Below, one piece after another: positions 1 to 18,951 of a stretch of 64,000 nucleotides of DNA. The notes beneath the pieces are model-generated. The model saw nothing but the letters and a program-made list of their open reading frames with translations, ran no database searches and was not told where the DNA came from. The translations under genes were made by a program, and so were the position numbers. Source of the stretch: Planctomycetota bacterium (GTDB taxonomy: Bacteria; Planctomycetota; UBA11346); assembly GCA_038231435.1 (NCBI GenBank), contig JBBRLJ010000017.1, forward strand, positions 32,001-96,000, read 5' to 3'. Positions within the stretch are counted from its first letter, which is position 1. Each line of letters starts with the position of its first letter.

Positions 1-3
1 CTC

Positions 4-194
4 AGGCCGCAGTGGCGAAGCCCTCAGCACGCCCATACTCGGGGGCCCCATCGGCAGGCGATGGGGCGGCGCCGAGTGGCGGTCGGCGAAAAAATGGCGT
101 AGCCATCCGCCGACGATTCCGCCGGCCCCCGGCGGAATCGAGCCACGACAAAGCCGTGGGGTAGGCCCGCAGGGCCGTAGGGGCGGAGCCCCTG
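4..194. repeat. REP/BIME-like multi-hairpin intergenic repeat, family A (copy 1)
   Basis: Shares blocks gccccatcg-N5-cgatggggc, ggtcggcg..ggcgtagcc.atccgccgacg and gacaaagcc.gtggggtaggcccgc.agggccgtaggggcg.agcccctg with the copies at 34567-34952, 41850-42243 and 55066-55131. Confidence 0.85.
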
Positions 195-223
195 AATGTC
201 GGAAGCACGTGCTCCTTCCCAAC

Positions 224-251
224 TTGACACCTCGGGGGCCCTATCTATCCT
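224..251 (+). promoter_or_regulatory. Putative sigma70 promoter for the tRNA-tuf operon
   Basis: TTGACA (224-229), 16-nt spacer, TATCCT (246-251), about 30 nt upstream of the first tRNA. Confidence 0.6.
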
Positions 252-282
252 CCCCATCCCTTCTCGTCCGGGGGAGGGGTCT

Positions 283-358
283 GCCACCTTAGCTCAGTTG
301 GTAGAGCTACTGTTTTGTAAACAGTAGGTCGCCGGTTCGAGTCCGGCAGGTGGCTCCA
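283..358 (+). tRNA. tRNA-Thr (anticodon TGT)
   Basis: Acceptor GCCACCT/AGGTGGC, D arm GCTC/GAGC, anticodon arm ACTGT-TTTGTAA-ACAGT, TTCGA T-loop, encoded CCA. Confidence 0.97.
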
Positions 359-418
359 GCCACATTCCGGGGTCTTTCGACGCTCTTTGATATCATGGAT
401 GTTGTCGGTCGTGCACAC

Positions 419-503
419 GGGTGGATACCGAAGTGGTCAAACGGGGTAGACTGTAAATCTACTGGCTCTGCCTTCGAAGGTTCGAATCCTTCTCCACCCA
501 CCA
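419..503 (+). tRNA. tRNA-Tyr (anticodon GTA)
   Basis: Acceptor GGGTGGA/TCCACCC, anticodon arm GTAGA-CTGTAAA-TCTAC, long variable arm, GGTTCGAATCC, CCA. Confidence 0.97.
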
Positions 504-598
504 CACCCGTGGGCACCTGTCCCTACTCAGGGAGGCACGCCTTCCTGGCTGTTCGAGATCCCGTGCCCACCAAGGCATAGGAGCGAGAGCAGGCACAA

Positions 599-672
599 GC
601 GGGTGTAGCTCAATGGTAGAGCAGCAGCCTTCCAAGCTGAATACGAGGGTTCGATTCCCTTCACCCGCTCCA
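599..672 (+). tRNA. tRNA-Gly (anticodon TCC)
   Basis: Acceptor GCGGGTG/CACCCGC, anticodon arm CAGC-CTTCCAA-GCTG, GGTTCGATTCC, CCA. Confidence 0.97.
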
Positions 673-706
673 CCGCACACGCCCGTCCGACGACTCGGGG
701 CATCAT

Positions 707-782
<76 letters not shown>

Positions 783-854
783 CTCGACCCCCATCCAGCC
801 TTTCTTCTTCTTTTCACCGCCGGCCCTGCAGCCGGCCTCTCAGCGGAGCCTCCC

Positions 855-2057
<1,203 letters not shown>

Positions 2058-2071
2058 GCGCTCGGCTTGAC

Positions 2072-2105
2072 GCCGGTCCGGGGCAGCCGCCTCGGGCCGG
2101 CTTTT
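2072..2105 (+). terminator. Probable intrinsic terminator after tuf
   Basis: 13-bp stem gccggtccggggc/gcctcgggccggc (2 G-U pairs) followed by TTTT. Confidence 0.55.
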
Positions 2106-2169
2106 GCGTCTCAGTAGATGTCCGAAAGAAGCGGATCGAAGCATCCGAAGCAGAGAGAAAGGGTAGCAC

Positions 2170-2331
2170 ATGGCCAAAGACAAACGCGAGCACGTCATGC
2201 TGGTCTGCGTGGAGACCGGGGATGTGAACTATTACACCAGCCGGTCGAAGACCGCCCAGAAGCTGGAGCTCAAGAAGTACCATCCCAAGCTGCGCAAGCA
2301 CACGCTCCACAAGGAGAAGAAGCGCAAATGA
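2170..2331 (+). CDS. rpmG: 50S ribosomal protein L33 (53 aa, form without Zn ribbon)
   Basis: Translated by hand (not in ORF track): [53 protein letters not shown]; lies between tuf and tRNA-Trp/secE. Confidence 0.95.
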   Translation: MAKDKREHVMLVCVETGDVNYYTSRSKTAQKLELKKYHPKLRKHTLHKEKKRK

Positions 2332-2337
2332 TTTTCG

Positions 2338-2383
2338 GTTGGGGGGCTACGGCCCCCCAACATCGGCCTCCGGCCTGCCCCCC
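2338..2383 (+). repeat. Short palindromic repeat, family B
   Basis: gttggggggc-tacg-gccccccaac-atc-ggcc-tcc-ggcc-tgcccccc; identical to 36944-36989 and nearly identical to 48374-48419 (reverse). Confidence 0.85.
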
Positions 2384-2429
2384 AGACAGCAGGGACACAG
2401 GGTGAGTCAGAGGGAAGCCTTTCACCCAT

Positions 2430-2505
2430 ACGGGGGTAGCTCAGCTGGTAGAGCAGTGGATTCCAAATCCACCGGTCGGGGGTTCAAATCCCTCCTCCCG
2501 TGCCA
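2430..2505 (+). tRNA. tRNA-Trp (anticodon CCA)
   Basis: Acceptor ACGGGGG/CTCCCGT, anticodon arm GTGGA-TTCCAAA-TCCAC, GGTTCAAATCC, CCA; directly before secE. Confidence 0.96.
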
Positions 2506-2524
2506 TCTCTGGTAGCGTCGATCC

Positions 2525-2941
2525 ATGTATAAATGGCCTCAAGGGCGGGTAATCCGCACCATCTGCCTGATTCTCGCATTGGTCATCGCGGCCGATCTGG
2601 GCTATACCGGCGCATGGGCGAAGTTCACCGCTCCGCTCGATCCCCAGCATGCTTCCGCCCACTATCGTCAGCTGATCCTCGCGGTGCTGTTCACGATCGC
2701 CTCGGTCGGCGCCTTGGTCTCTGGCCTGGTCGCGGCGGGATTCCACCACCGTTCGGTCGAGTTCCTGATCGAAGTCGAGCAAGAGATGGTGAAGGTCGAA
2801 TGGCCGGCGCCGAACACGCTCGTGCGCAGCACCATCGTGATCGCGATCGCGATCGCCATCCTCGCCGGGCTCATCTTCCTCGCCGACTTCGTCTTGTTGC
2901 ATGTGTTGAAATACCTTCTGTCCCTTGGAGCGAATTTCTAA
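2525..2941 (+). CDS. secE: Preprotein translocase subunit SecE (3-TM form)
   Basis: FLIEVEQEMVKVEWP..TLVRSTIVI motif, three hydrophobic segments, synteny with tRNA-Trp and nusG. Confidence 0.92.
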   Translation: MYKWPQGRVIRTICLILALVIAADLGYTGAWAKFTAPLDPQHASAHYRQLILAVLFTIASVGALVSGLVAAGFHHRSVEFLIEVEQEMVKVEWPAPNTLVRSTIVIAIAIAILAGLIFLADFVLLHVLKYLLSLGANF

Positions 2942-3483
2942 TGCGGTGGTACGTGCTGAAGGCCGTTTCCGGCCGTGAAAATTCTTGTCGGGACATGATC
3001 CAAACCCAATTGAAGGGGAAGAAGCTCGAGCCGCACGTCGGCCAGATGCTCATCCCCGCCGAGCGCGTGACCGAGGTCAAGCGCGGCAAGAAGGTATCGA
3101 CCGAGCGCAAGCTGTACCCCGGGTACATCTACGTCGAGATGGACCTCAACTTCGACGTGCTCGAGACCATCAACGCCGTCGACGGCGTGACCGGTTTCTT
3201 GGGTGCGGATCCGCGCAATCCGGATCCGTTGACCAAGGACGAAGCCGAGCGCATCGTGCGCATCGCCACCGCCCAGTCGCCCGACGAGCAGCGCAAGGAG
3301 CTGGTCCAGATCCCGTTCAAGGTCGACGATCGGGTCAAGGTCAAGGAAGGTACCTTCGCGGGCATGGAGGGCGTGGTCGCCGAGATCAACGCCACCAAGG
3401 GCGAGCTGCGCGTCATGATCACCGTCTTCGGTCGCCAGACCCCCGTCTGGCTCGAGGTCTGGCAGGTCGAAGCCGCCGTCTAG
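2941..3483 (+). CDS. nusG: Transcription termination/antitermination factor NusG
   Basis: MRWYVLKAVSGRE, KLYPGYIYVEM, GVTGFLG, KOW motif VKEGTFAGMEGVV, VFGRQTPV; ATG overlaps the secE stop (TAATG). Confidence 0.97.
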   Translation: MRWYVLKAVSGRENSCRDMIQTQLKGKKLEPHVGQMLIPAERVTEVKRGKKVSTERKLYPGYIYVEMDLNFDVLETINAVDGVTGFLGADPRNPDPLTKDEAERIVRIATAQSPDEQRKELVQIPFKVDDRVKVKEGTFAGMEGVVAEINATKGELRVMITVFGRQTPVWLEVWQVEAAV

Positions 3484-3739
3484 CTGCGGCCGTTCTCGTT
3501 CGCGATGCCGGCATGCCTCGCCTGACCGTGGATGATCCGGCTGGCGGCTTCGGCGCCTTGGCCTCGCAAACGATGACGGTCCTCGCGTGCGGGATGGCGT
3601 GTACAGAGGATGGATAGGGCTTTCCGCTAAATTCCCCTTTGATTTCGGAGTACGCACCTAGACTCCGCGACCCTAATTTCCGGTTCTGCATGGCTGCCGC
3701 CATGACGAATCGACATAAGCGACTGCACTAGAGCGAGTT

Positions 3740-4174
3740 ATGGCCAAGCAAAAAGAAATCGTAGGCACGATCAACCTGGTCATCCCCGGCGGCGGGGCGA
3801 CTCCGGCTCCTCCGGTCGGCCCGGCGCTCGGCGCCAAGGGCGTCAACATCGGCGCCTTCGTCAAGCAGTTCAACGACGCTACGGCGAACTTGAAGGGTGA
3901 GATCATCCCCGTGGTGATCACCGTCTTCAAGGACAAGACCTTCACCTTCATCATGAAGCAGCCACCGGTCAGCGCCCAGGTGCGCAAGGCCGCGGGCATC
4001 GAGAAGGGCGCCGGCAACGCTGGTCCCCTGACCTCGGTCGGCAAGATCACCAAGGCTCAGGTCAAGATGATCGCCGAGAAGAAGATTGCCGAGATGACCG
4101 CGGGCTCGCTCGAGGCCGCCATGAAGACCGTCGCCGGCACCGCTCGCTCGATGGGCGTCACGATCGAAGGCTGA
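3740..4174 (+). CDS. rplK: 50S ribosomal protein L11
   Basis: ATPAPPVGPALGAKGVNI..F...FN; GTARSMGVTI. Confidence 0.98.
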   Translation: MAKQKEIVGTINLVIPGGGATPAPPVGPALGAKGVNIGAFVKQFNDATANLKGEIIPVVITVFKDKTFTFIMKQPPVSAQVRKAAGIEKGAGNAGPLTSVGKITKAQVKMIAEKKIAEMTAGSLEAAMKTVAGTARSMGVTIEG

Positions 4175-4223
4175 TTCAGCACTTTCCGTTCTTTTCATTC
4201 GGACGTCAGAACATTTTGGACAC

Positions 4224-4262
4224 GTGGGAGACTGGCGGCGCAAGCCCGGTCGTTCGGACCAC
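4224..4262 (+). promoter_or_regulatory. Putative ribosomal protein L1 autoregulatory RNA site before rplA
   Basis: GTGGGAG-(GC stem-loop)-ACCAC directly before the rplA SD (AGGAG), matching the GUGGGAG...ACCAC L1-binding pattern of rplK-rplA spacers. Confidence 0.55.
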
Positions 4263-4272
4263 AGGAGCATCC

Positions 4273-4986
4273 ATGAGACATCGCAGCAAGCGGTACCGCC
4301 AGCTCGTCGAGGCGACCACCAAGGGTGGTGCCAATCTCCAGGAGCCGCAAGGCGTTCCGACCGCGGTCGGCCTGGTCAAGAAGATGGCCAAGGCCAAATT
4401 CACCGAGTCGATCGACCTCTCGGTCCACCTGAACCTAGACACCAAGAAGGCGGACCAGCAGTTCCGCGGCAGCTTCAGCCTCCCGCACGGGACCGGCAAG
4501 AGCATGCGCGTGATCGTGTTCTGCGATGACGGCGACAAGGTCCAGGCGGCTCTCGCCGGCGGCGCGGTCAAGGCCGGCGGCGAGGACGTGGTCACCGCGG
4601 TCAACGACGGCTTCATGGATTTCGACGTCGCCATCGCGACCCCGAAGATGATGCGCTTCGTCAGCAAGCTCGGCAAGGTCCTCGGACCCCGCGGCCTGAT
4701 GCCGTCGCCCAAGTCCGGCACCGTCACCGACGATGTCGCCACCGCCGTGAAGGAGTTCAAGGGCGGCAAGATCGAATACCGCTCGGACGCCGCCGGCAAC
4801 GTGCACGTCCGCGTCGGCAACTCGACCTTCGAGGAAGCCAAGCTCGCCGATAACATCAGCTCGGTCCTCACCCATGTCAGCGAGCACCGTCCGTCGTCCG
4901 TGAAGGGCGATTTCGTGAAGAACGTCGTCGTCTCGTCGACCATGGGCCCCGGCGTCCGCATCGCCTTCATCCAGAGCCAGGAGTAG
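4273..4986 (+). CDS. rplA: 50S ribosomal protein L1
   Basis: KFTESIDL, LPHGTGK, LGKVLGPRGLMPSPKSGTVT, SSTMGPG; start moved to ATG 4273 after AGGAG. Confidence 0.98.
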   Translation: MRHRSKRYRQLVEATTKGGANLQEPQGVPTAVGLVKKMAKAKFTESIDLSVHLNLDTKKADQQFRGSFSLPHGTGKSMRVIVFCDDGDKVQAALAGGAVKAGGEDVVTAVNDGFMDFDVAIATPKMMRFVSKLGKVLGPRGLMPSPKSGTVTDDVATAVKEFKGGKIEYRSDAAGNVHVRVGNSTFEEAKLADNISSVLTHVSEHRPSSVKGDFVKNVVVSSTMGPGVRIAFIQSQE

Positions 4987-4990
4987 TCCC

Positions 4991-5485
4991 ATGCCCAGTG
5001 CCATCAATCAGATGATGCTCGTCGAGGTGAAGGCCTTCATGGGCGACAGCGCCTCGATGATCCTGGTCGACGCCTCGCGCCTCAAGAGCAACGAGAACCT
5101 CAAGATGCGCAAGGATCTGCGCGGTATCGGCGCGAAGTTCAAGGTCGCGAAGGTCGCGATCCTGCAGCGCGCGGTGCCCGCTGGCGCCGCCAAGATGTGC
5201 GAGGGCACGCGCTCCTCGCTCGGCGTGGTGCTCGCCCCCGACATGGTCGCCGCCGCGAAGATCGTCGCCGATCTCGCCAAGGAGGACAAGGTCGCCGTGC
5301 GCGGCGGCCTGATGGATGGCGCTGCGCTCACCGCGGCGCAGATCACCCAGATCAGCCAGCTGCCGAGCAAGCAGCAGCTGCGCGGCATGCTCGTCAACAT
5401 CCTCGCCTCGCCGATGTCGCGGCTGGCGCGCGTGCTGGCTGCCATCGCCGAGAAGAAGCAGGCCGGCCCCGGCACCGCGGCCTGA
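4991..5485 (+). CDS. rplJ: 50S ribosomal protein L10
   Basis: Lies between rplA and rplL; RKDLR..AKFKVAK, RGGLMDG, QLPSKQQLRGMLVNILASPM. Confidence 0.9.
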   Translation: MPSAINQMMLVEVKAFMGDSASMILVDASRLKSNENLKMRKDLRGIGAKFKVAKVAILQRAVPAGAAKMCEGTRSSLGVVLAPDMVAAAKIVADLAKEDKVAVRGGLMDGAALTAAQITQISQLPSKQQLRGMLVNILASPMSRLARVLAAIAEKKQAGPGTAA

Positions 5486-5557
5486 TTCCGATTACCGACA
5501 CCCCCTGACACCCAACACCAACATTCACCGCGGCCATCGCCGCACCCGGAGTATCTC

Positions 5558-5935
5558 ATGAGCAAGTTCGATCAGTTCCTTTCGGACGTGGACGGCTGCA
5601 CCGTCATGGAGCTCGCCGAGCTCGTCAAGTCCCTCGAAACCAAGTGGGGCGTGAGCGCGGCCGCCGCGGCCGCTCCCGCTGGCGGCGGTGCCGCCCCCGC
5701 GGCCGCCGAGGAGGCTCCGACCTCCTTCAAGGTCACCCTCGTCGCCGGCGGACCGAACAAGATCCAGGTCATCAAGGTCATCCGCGAGATCTCCGGGCTC
5801 GGCCTCGCCGACGCCAAGGCGTTCGTCGAAGGTGCGCCCAAGATGGTCAAGGATGGCCTCGAGAAGCCGGCCGCCGAGGAGCTGGCCAAGAAGATCAAGG
5901 ACACCGGCGCCGACGTGAAGGTCGAGGGCGCGTAA
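5558..5935 (+). CDS. rplL: 50S ribosomal protein L7/L12
   Basis: TVMELAELVKSLETKWGVSAAA, KIQVIKVIREISGLGLADAKAFVEGAP. Confidence 0.98.
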   Translation: MSKFDQFLSDVDGCTVMELAELVKSLETKWGVSAAAAAAPAGGGAAPAAAEEAPTSFKVTLVAGGPNKIQVIKVIREISGLGLADAKAFVEGAPKMVKDGLEKPAAEELAKKIKDTGADVKVEGA

Positions 5936-6165
5936 AGGGGGGTCCGGGGCTCGTGCCCCTGCTCCTAAGCCCTTGCCAAGGGCCCCTTACCGGACACTCC
6001 TCGCGCAGGAGTCAACCGGTTGGGGGCCTTGTCTTCGCTATCCAGGTCGCTACCCTCTGATCCCCTTTTGGAGCGCCCCTCCCAGGCCTACCGGCCACGG
6101 ATGAGCGCCCCACGTTCCAGTCGATGCCGGCAAGCGCTGCCGGGGTCGGCCATGAAGAGGTATCC

Positions 6166-10002
<3,837 letters not shown>

Positions 10003-10113
10003 AGTCCACCGGGCCGACGGAGCTCACTGCTCCCCGGCCCGGCCCGGCCCTTCCCTCCCTCACTTTTTCTCAACGGCTGACACGGAAGCATCTTCCGAAG
10101 AAAGCGCCCACTC

Positions 10114-14272
<4,159 letters not shown>

Positions 14273-14286
<14 letters not shown>

Positions 14287-14653
14287 TCAGCTGATCCGCA
14301 AGGGCCGCCAGGCCGCGAAGAACAAGACCAAGAGCCCCCAGCTCGAGAAGAACCCGTTCAAGCGCGGCGTGTGCCTGCAGGTCAAGACCATGACCCCGAA
14401 GAAGCCGAATTCGGCGCTGCGCAAGATCGCACGCGTGCGGCTCTCGAACGGCAAGGAGATCACCGCGTACATCGGTGGCGAGAAGCACAACCTGCAGGAG
14501 CATTCGCTCGTGCTGGTGCGCGGCGGTCGCGTCCACGATCTGCCCGGCGTTCGCTACCACATCATCCGCGGCAAGCTCGACTGCCAGGGCGTCCAGGGAC
14601 GCATGCAGAGCCGCAGCTGCTACGGCGCCAAGCGTCCGAAGAAGAAGGCCTAA
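14273..14653 (+). CDS. rpsL: 30S ribosomal protein S12
   Basis: (V/M)[36 protein letters not shown] start with AGGAG upstream, overlapping rpoC by 14 nt. Confidence 0.98.
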
Positions 14654-14654
14654 A

Positions 14655-14696
14655 GTTGGGGGCTTCTGCCCCCGACATCGCGCTCCGCGCTGCCCC
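14655..14696 (+). repeat. Family B repeat variant
   Basis: gttgggggc-ttct-gcccccgac-atc-gcgc-tcc-gcgc-tgcccc: same layout as 2338-2383 with compensated stems. Confidence 0.7.
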
Positions 14697-14823
14697 GCAG
14701 GCAGCAAGGGATGCTGGGTTTAGACATCAGAGATTTTCCGTCATCTTCCACTTACCACATCCCAGCGGCACTGCCGCAGTACCTCCGGTCATCTGACCGG
14801 GACCAGGGAACGAAGGATAGAAC

Positions 14824-15462
<639 letters not shown>

Positions 15463-15487
15463 TCTGCCTCCATCCGTAAAGGATGCG

Positions 15488-15521
15488 AAAGACCCCGGCT
15501 TTTGGCCGGGGTTTTTTTATT
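15488..15521 (+). terminator. Intrinsic terminator after rpsG
   Basis: aaagaccccggc-ttttg-gccggggt followed by a T-run. Confidence 0.85.
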
Positions 15522-15582
15522 GGTTGGCCGCCTGGCGCGCCGAGGCATGAGAACCTGGAAGCTGAAGCGTTGAAGATGTTCC

Positions 15583-16278
15583 CTATCGCCACTCCGAACT
15601 CTTCCACCGCACCGCGTTCCTCCAATCACCATTCCCCGGCGTGGCCCTCTTCCCCAATCCATGGCCATCGCAGAAGAGGATGTTCACCCTTCCCCGATGC
15701 CGGGAATCATCGACGCCTGAATACACCGCGTGACCCCACTGGCCCATCCCGGTCTCCTTGGCGATCGCGTCGATGAAGAGCACGAGCTCTGATTGATCGC
15801 TCGCAGAGCCCAGGCAGTAATGCCGCGGCCGTCCATCGGCATCGAGATAGCTGTTCATCTTGAAACTCTTCGGCATGGCGTTGGTGAAGACCTCGGCTGG
15901 ATGGCCATGGAAGCCCGCGCATTGGAAGATGCCGGTGCGGGCGCCGGATCGCTCGGAGTCGATGTAGGGCGGTAGCCGGCAGAACCATGCCGGGCTGCGC
16001 TGCGGGTCGTCGACGCCGAAGTTGGCCTCGGCGGGTAGACACTCGTTCCATTCCTCGGCATAGGTAAGCGCGGCCATGCCTACCTGGCGCAGATTGCCCA
16101 TGCAGCAGGTGGCGATGGCGTAGCGCTGGATGGGAGCGAGCGCCGAGCCCAGGAGGGAGCCCAACAGGGCCAAGACCACCAAGACCACCAACAGCTCAAT
16201 GAGCGTAAACGCCGTCCGACCGGTGGGTCCGGGGTACGACGAGCTAGCACACGAGCAATAACGCATCGAATGATTCAT
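15583..16278 (-). CDS. Prepilin-type N-methylation domain protein with H-X9-DG motif (PVC-type)
   Basis: A|FTLIELLVVLVVLALL, CMGNLRQVGMA, C-terminal HRGRVNILFCDGH. Confidence 0.9.
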   Translation of the reverse strand: MNHSMRYCSCASSSYPGPTGRTAFTLIELLVVLVVLALLGSLLGSALAPIQRYAIATCCMGNLRQVGMAALTYAEEWNECLPAEANFGVDDPQRSPAWFCRLPPYIDSERSGARTGIFQCAGFHGHPAEVFTNAMPKSFKMNSYLDADGRPRHYCLGSASDQSELVLFIDAIAKETGMGQWGHAVYSGVDDSRHRGRVNILFCDGHGLGKRATPGNGDWRNAVRWKSSEWR

Positions 16279-16354
16279 TCGATGCGAGATGTAATGAACG
16301 ATTCAACCGTTACAAGTGAACCTTCATAGGTTCACTTAGACCCATGGGCAGGGA

Positions 16355-18829
16355 TCAGGACACCGCTCGTTCGAGACCGGAACTGGGTCCGCTGCTGGAC
16401 CTGGATCCCCGCCTTACCGAGTCTCCGGCCCGCCGTGGTGACGCGGATGGGGCCGTGGGGATCGTGAAGGTGAAGGTCGCTCCAGCGCCGGAGGTCGATT
16501 CCACCCAGATGCGTCCGCCGTGGCGGTCGACGATCTTGCGGCAGATGGCGAGCCCGATGCCCGTGCCGGGATACTCCTCGCGCGTGTGCAGGCGCTGGAA
16601 CACCTCGAAGATCCGCTGCGATTGCGCCGGATCGATGCCGATGCCGTTGTCGCGCACCGAGAACTGCCAGGCGTCTCCCACCCGGGCGGCGCCGACCTCG
16701 ACACGCGGCGTGACGCCGCCCCGGAACTTGAGCGCATTGCTGATCAGGTTCTGGAACAGCTGCATGAGCTGCATGCGGTCGAAGGCCACCCGCGGCAATG
16801 TCCCGCGGACGATGGCGGCTCCGGACTCGTCGATGCTGCGCTTGAGGTTCGCCAGCGCCTCGTCGAGCACGGAATCGGCATCGATCTCCTCGATCGAGTG
16901 GCCGGTGTCGCGTCCGGCTCGCGAGAACATCAGCAGATCCTTGATCAGCTCCTGCATGCGCTTGGCTCCACCGTAGACCTGCGCCATGTATTCCGCGGCC
17001 GTGCCCTCGAAGCGATCTGGGTAGCGGCGGCGCAGCAGGTCGACGTAGTTGGTGATCATGCGCAGGGGTTCCTGCAGATCGTGCGATGCCACGTAGGCGA
17101 ACTGCTCGAGCTCGGAATTCGAGCGGCTCAGCTCCGCCGCGTGCTCGGACAGCGCTGCCGAAGCCCGTTCCACCTCGGCGCGGGCGCGCTTCTCGGCTTC
17201 GACCAGGTCGCTGGTCTCGCGGAACAGGCGGGCGTGATCTATGGCCGAGCCCGATCGCCGAGCGACGTCCTCGGCGACCGACAGATCGGCCTGGTCGTAG
17301 CGCCGTGCGGTGGTGGACGGCCCGGCGGTGAGGAAGCTGAGCGCACCGAGCACGCGCCCGCGCGACAGCAGCGGAACCACGATCAGCGACCTCAGCCCCA
17401 GGCCGCGCAGGGTGGCAAGGTGGGCCTCGTCCCGAGCCGCGCTCACCAGCCTGGCGTCGGGAATCTCGCTCAAGAGCAGCGGCTCGCCAGAGGCGATGAC
17501 CGAGGCGGGCGGTTCGTCCGGCTTCTGTGGGAAGTGACGTTCGAGCTTGCGGGCAAGTTCGAGGCCGGCGGGGCCGATGGTGGCCACCGCAAGCCGCTCG
17601 AGCGATCCGTCCGGCCGGACCACGTCGACGGCGGACCAGTCGGCGAAGCCCGGGACGGCCAGCGACGCGACGTTGGCGAGGGTGCGTTCGTACTCCAGCG
17701 ACGTGCCGAGCACCGAGCTCGCGTCGGCGACGAAGCGCAGGCGCTCCTCGCCGCGCTTGAGTGCGTGCTCCGAGACGCGCAAGCCGGCGGCCGCATCCTC
17801 GGCGCGCTCGCGCGCCCTCGCCAGAAACCAGGAAGCGAGGAACAGCAAGGCGCTGGACATGATCCCGCCGAGCAGGACCAACGCCACCAGGCCACGGCTG
17901 GCCAGCATCTCTGGACGCGATTGGAAGTGGATGGCCCAGCGATGGCCGCAGATCTCGAATGCCTGGATCGACTCGTATGCCGGCGCAGCGGATGGTGCGT
18001 GATCGGTCGTGGCGGCGGATGATATGGAGGAGTCGTACATCAGCGCAGGCGCCGAGACGCGTTCGCCATCATAGATCTGGAAGTCGATCGGCGTGTCCAG
18101 GCCCTTGAGGATATTTGAGATGAGATCGCTGCTGCGGAACGGGGCGGTGACGAAACCGACGAGAGCTTTGCGGCGGTCATCGATGGTAGTCGGGATGTCG
18201 CCGCCGCGATACAGCGGCAGGAAGATGATGAATCCCGTCTGCTTGCCGGGGGTGGCATCCTGGATCAGGACGACCTTACCCGACGCCACGGGGGTGGCCC
18301 GGTCGCGAGCCGATTCCAGGGCGTCGCGCCGCACCGGCTCCGACGACAGGTCGAAGCCGATAGCGCGCGCATTGCCCCGATCCGTGGGTTCGACGTACGC
18401 CACGGGGAACCGTTCGTGCGATGCGCCTTCGGGGAAGATCACGAACGACGGCGACTCGCGGCGCAGACGTTCGACGAAGGACTGCTCATTCGCCGGCCCA
18501 AGCGCTGGCACGTAGCAGATCGCCTGCATGCCGGGATAACGCTGGCGCAGATCGAGCCGAGCTACGAAGGCCGCGAACTGCGCGCGCGTGGTAAGCGGAT
18601 CCGCTGAGAACAACCCGGCCGTCCCGCGCAGCAGCGCGACATAGGTGTCCACCTGGTGATCGAGGGTCGACTCGATCTGATCGACGGATTTGCGGAAGCG
18701 GATCGCATCGCGGGCGTGCAGTTCGCGCAGGGCGATGCTCGCGCCGAATGCGGTCAGCCCCAGCGATACCAGCAGGATCAGCAACGGGATCTGCTTCCAC
18801 CGGAGCGGATTGAGGCGTCGGCGTGGCAT
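16355..18829 (-). CDS. Membrane sensor histidine kinase (CHASE + GAF + HisKA + HATPase)
   Basis: Two TM segments flank a CHASE-like region (YVEP..GNARAIGFDL); GAF region; LEQFAYVASHDLQEPLR; NLISNALKF; DNGIGI; GTGIGL. Confidence 0.92.
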   Translation of the reverse strand: MPRRRLNPLRWKQIPLLILLVSLGLTAFGASIALRELHARDAIRFRKSVDQIESTLDHQVDTYVALLRGTAGLFSADPLTTRAQFAAFVARLDLRQRYPGMQAICYVPALGPANEQSFVERLRRESPSFVIFPEGASHERFPVAYVEPTDRGNARAIGFDLSSEPVRRDALESARDRATPVASGKVVLIQDATPGKQTGFIIFLPLYRGGDIPTTIDDRRKALVGFVTAPFRSSDLISNILKGLDTPIDFQIYDGERVSAPALMYDSSISSAATTDHAPSAAPAYESIQAFEICGHRWAIHFQSRPEMLASRGLVALVLLGGIMSSALLFLASWFLARARERAEDAAAGLRVSEHALKRGEERLRFVADASSVLGTSLEYERTLANVASLAVPGFADWSAVDVVRPDGSLERLAVATIGPAGLELARKLERHFPQKPDEPPASVIASGEPLLLSEIPDARLVSAARDEAHLATLRGLGLRSLIVVPLLSRGRVLGALSFLTAGPSTTARRYDQADLSVAEDVARRSGSAIDHARLFRETSDLVEAEKRARAEVERASAALSEHAAELSRSNSELEQFAYVASHDLQEPLRMITNYVDLLRRRYPDRFEGTAAEYMAQVYGGAKRMQELIKDLLMFSRAGRDTGHSIEEIDADSVLDEALANLKRSIDESGAAIVRGTLPRVAFDRMQLMQLFQNLISNALKFRGGVTPRVEVGAARVGDAWQFSVRDNGIGIDPAQSQRIFEVFQRLHTREEYPGTGIGLAICRKIVDRHGGRIWVESTSGAGATFTFTIPTAPSASPRRAGDSVRRGSRSSSGPSSGLERAVS

Positions 18830-18951
18830 CGACCCGCAACTCTCGTCGGGGAGGGGGCTTGCCCTAGCATGAAGCGTTCAGGGTTACTCGCAGAGCTCCC
18901 ACCTGGCAGCGCCATCCGCGAGGGGATGACGCATGGAGGCGCTGATGCTGG

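Noticed and set aside
16355..18829. Histidine kinase without an adjacent response regulator
   Set aside because: Orphan CHASE/GAF kinases are common and the architecture is ordinary.
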